Below, in pieces: positions 30,044 to 31,905 of a stretch of 31,905 nt of DNA. The notes under the pieces are model-generated. The model ran no database searches and was not told the origin of the DNA. It saw nothing but the letters and a program-made list of their open reading frames with translations. Each line of letters opens with the position of its first letter. The stretch's first letter is position 1. The position numbers and the translations under genes were made by a program. The stretch covers positions 21,207 to 53,111 of the forward strand of contig CAZJUS010000001.1 of assembly GCA_964549355.1 (NCBI GenBank). The letters run 5' to 3'. The stretch is from Candidatus Undinarchaeota archaeon (lineage in GTDB: Archaea; SpSt-1190).

Positions 30044-31905
30044 TCAGCGGTCAGCCACCTGCCCATCGGACTGTTTTTGGTTCCCGTCTTCCCGCGAGCC
30101 CAAAATTTTCTCCGCGGTCTTCCTTCCCACCAGCCCGGCAAGCCTGTCCATGCTGATTTTCCCGATGTTGGCTGTTGTTATGTCTGCGTTGTAGAGCTTC
30201 CTCGCCCTCACCCTGCCGACGCCCGGCAGCTGCACAATGTCAAGCAGCTCCGACCGCACCCCGTGCTTGAGCCTCATCACCAGCTTCTTCAGGTCCTGCC
30301 GGGGCCCCCACTTGGTTTCGACCACCTGCTCAAGGGAATGGGCCAGCCACTCGGTGTTGGAAATGTAGTTGCGCAGGTCGCCGGGTGCAATCCCGAACCT
30401 GTCCAGGATCAGGTCTTCGCCCTCTTCATTTATCCAGGCGCGCACTATATTGGCCAGCTTGAGGGCCTGCAGATACAGCTCAAAATCCAGGTCCCATGCT
30501 GCGGGCGGTTCAATCAATTCATCCCTTTTTGCAACCAGCAGGGCCATCAGCTCTTCTTCCTCAGACCTGCGGATTTGGGGCAGGTTTATGTCCCTGCTCA
30601 TGCAGGCGAGATGCAGGTATCCGAAATCAGAAGTAGGCTCAAATTTCTCAATCCATCCCATTGCAGTGAACGGGTCTATGTAAAGTTCAGCCACCCTGCG
30701 CCCCATTTCTGTTGCTTTTATTACCGGGCCGTCTTCAAGAAAACCCCACGAAATCAACTGCGTCAAGACTTTCAGCCCCATCTGCTTCACACGCCTGGCA
30801 TTGCCGAACTGGTGTGCATAGAAACTGCGCTCCATAAATTTTTCAATATCCATTTGTGTGAACGCAAATCCAGATGCAAATAACCCAAGGATTTCCTTCC
30901 GCATAGTTGGTTCGTATGCAAGCTGGCTCTGGATGTTCTCAACCTGTCCATTCACGTAGTTTGTGAAGACCCCTTCGGGATTTGCCGAATTCACAATTGC
31001 TTCCCCTTCACTGTCATATCCCGGGCGTCCTGCTCTCCCGACTGCCTGCTTGTAAAGTGAAACAGGCCACATGCCTTTGAACCACCTGAGGTTTTTAATC
31101 ACCACACGCCGGCTCGGCAGGTTTATCCCTGCGACAAGAGTGACTGTCGATGCGAGGACTTTAATCAGGCCGGCCTTGAACGCGTCTTCAACAAGGAGCC
31201 TCTGTTCATTCACAAGCCCGGCATGATGGAAGGCTCCGCCCCTCTTCAGGACTCCTGCCAGCCTTTCACACTGCCGGGTTTTGTTCGGCAGGGCCTCCAG
31301 GACTTTGTCCGCAACTATGCCCAGGGCTTTTTTTTCATCCTCCGTCAGGTATTTCTCGGACAGCTTGGCCACTGTTTCAGACTGGGCTTCGGCACCCCTC
31401 CGTGTGTTCGTAAAAATCAAGGTCTGGTAGTTTTTTTTGAGGCTGTCTTCCACCAACCCCATCAACCCCGGATTTTTTGATTCCAGCAAATCTGTTGAGT
31501 TGTCTGACCAGCGGATGGTGCGCTCAGTGAATACACCTTCCCGCAGGGGAACAGGCCTGAAATCACTCAACAGCAAATCCGCTTCCATCCAATCCGCCAT
31601 CTCTTGTGAATTGCCGACTGTGGCTGACAGTGCCAAAATTTTCCGGCTTTTCATTTTAACAATCAAGGTTTCAATCACCGGGCGGTTTCCCATTTCGTGA
31701 ATTTCATCAAAAATCATCAATCCGATTTTGTCCACCCATCCGGGCCGGTGCCTCAGCAGTGCGTCAAGTTTTTCATAAGTGCAGACAATAATGTCTGCAT
31801 TTCCCAGCCATCTGTCATTTGAATCGAAATCGCCGACACTAATCCGCGTCCTGAAAGGAAATTTTTTGAATTCACGGTATTTCTCAAAAGCGAGCGCCCG
31901 CAGAG
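30044..31905 (-). CDS. hel308: Ski2-like helicase Hel308/Hjm (5' end beyond the window)
   Basis: Frame open to the window edge (LRALAFEKY...TYEKLDALLRH); DEIH, LSAT, FHHAGL, AGINLPSRRV, QAVGRAGRP, C-terminal HhH with GVGRVRARKLY. Confidence 0.93.
   Translation of the reverse strand, partial: LRALAFEKYREFKKFPFRTRISVGDFDSNDRWLGNADIIVCTYEKLDALLRHRPGWVDKIGLMIFDEIHEMGNRPVIETLIVKMKSRKILALSATVGNSQEMADWMEADLLLSDFRPVPLREGVFTERTIRWSDNSTDLLESKNPGLMGLVEDSLKKNYQTLIFTNTRRGAEAQSETVAKLSEKYLTEDEKKALGIVADKVLEALPNKTRQCERLAGVLKRGGAFHHAGLVNEQRLLVEDAFKAGLIKVLASTVTLVAGINLPSRRVVIKNLRWFKGMWPVSLYKQAVGRAGRPGYDSEGEAIVNSANPEGVFTNYVNGQVENIQSQLAYEPTMRKEILGLFASGFAFTQMDIEKFMERSFYAHQFGNARRVKQMGLKVLTQLISWGFLEDGPVIKATEMGRRVAELYIDPFTAMGWIEKFEPTSDFGYLHLACMSRDINLPQIRRSEEEELMALLVAKRDELIEPPAAWDLDFELYLQALKLANIVRAWINEEGEDLILDRFGIAPGDLRNYISNTEWLAHSLEQVVETKWGPRQDLKKLVMRLKHGVRSELLDIVQLPGVGRVRARKLYNADITTANIGKISMDRLAGLVGRKTAEKILGSREDGNQKQSDGQVADR

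Overview
Gene-dense archaeal chromosome segment, probably from a small-genome DPANN-type lineage (inferred from gene content, compact spacing and the type of pilus ATPase). The housekeeping genes are eS1, uS15, Nob1, Dph5, a HemK2/Mtq2-like and a METTL5-like methyltransferase, RadB, LeuRS, an RPA2-like protein, RpoL, MinD and a Hel308 helicase cut off by the window edge. Three things stand out. (1) A co-oriented stress/dormancy-like cluster at 1382-6129: Hsp20, Cdc48, a CBS+HPF-like ribosome hibernation factor, and a 242-aa protein (~39% Lys) in which Lys-rich pentapeptide tails flank a central helix-turn-helix, the layout of linker histone H1. (2) An 11-kb minus-strand type IV pilus-like locus at 8369-19551: assembly ATPase, TadC/ArlJ-like platform protein and 17 pilin-like or small hydrophobic ORFs, three of them missing from the ORF track. 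Two pilin-LamG adhesin genes lie elsewhere in the window. (3) A structured 67-nt tandem repeat at the window start. Many transcription units show a TATA-like box about 21-23 nt before the start codon, consistent with leaderless mRNAs. No tRNA, rRNA, CRISPR array or transposase was seen. All family calls come from reading motifs by eye; no database search was run.
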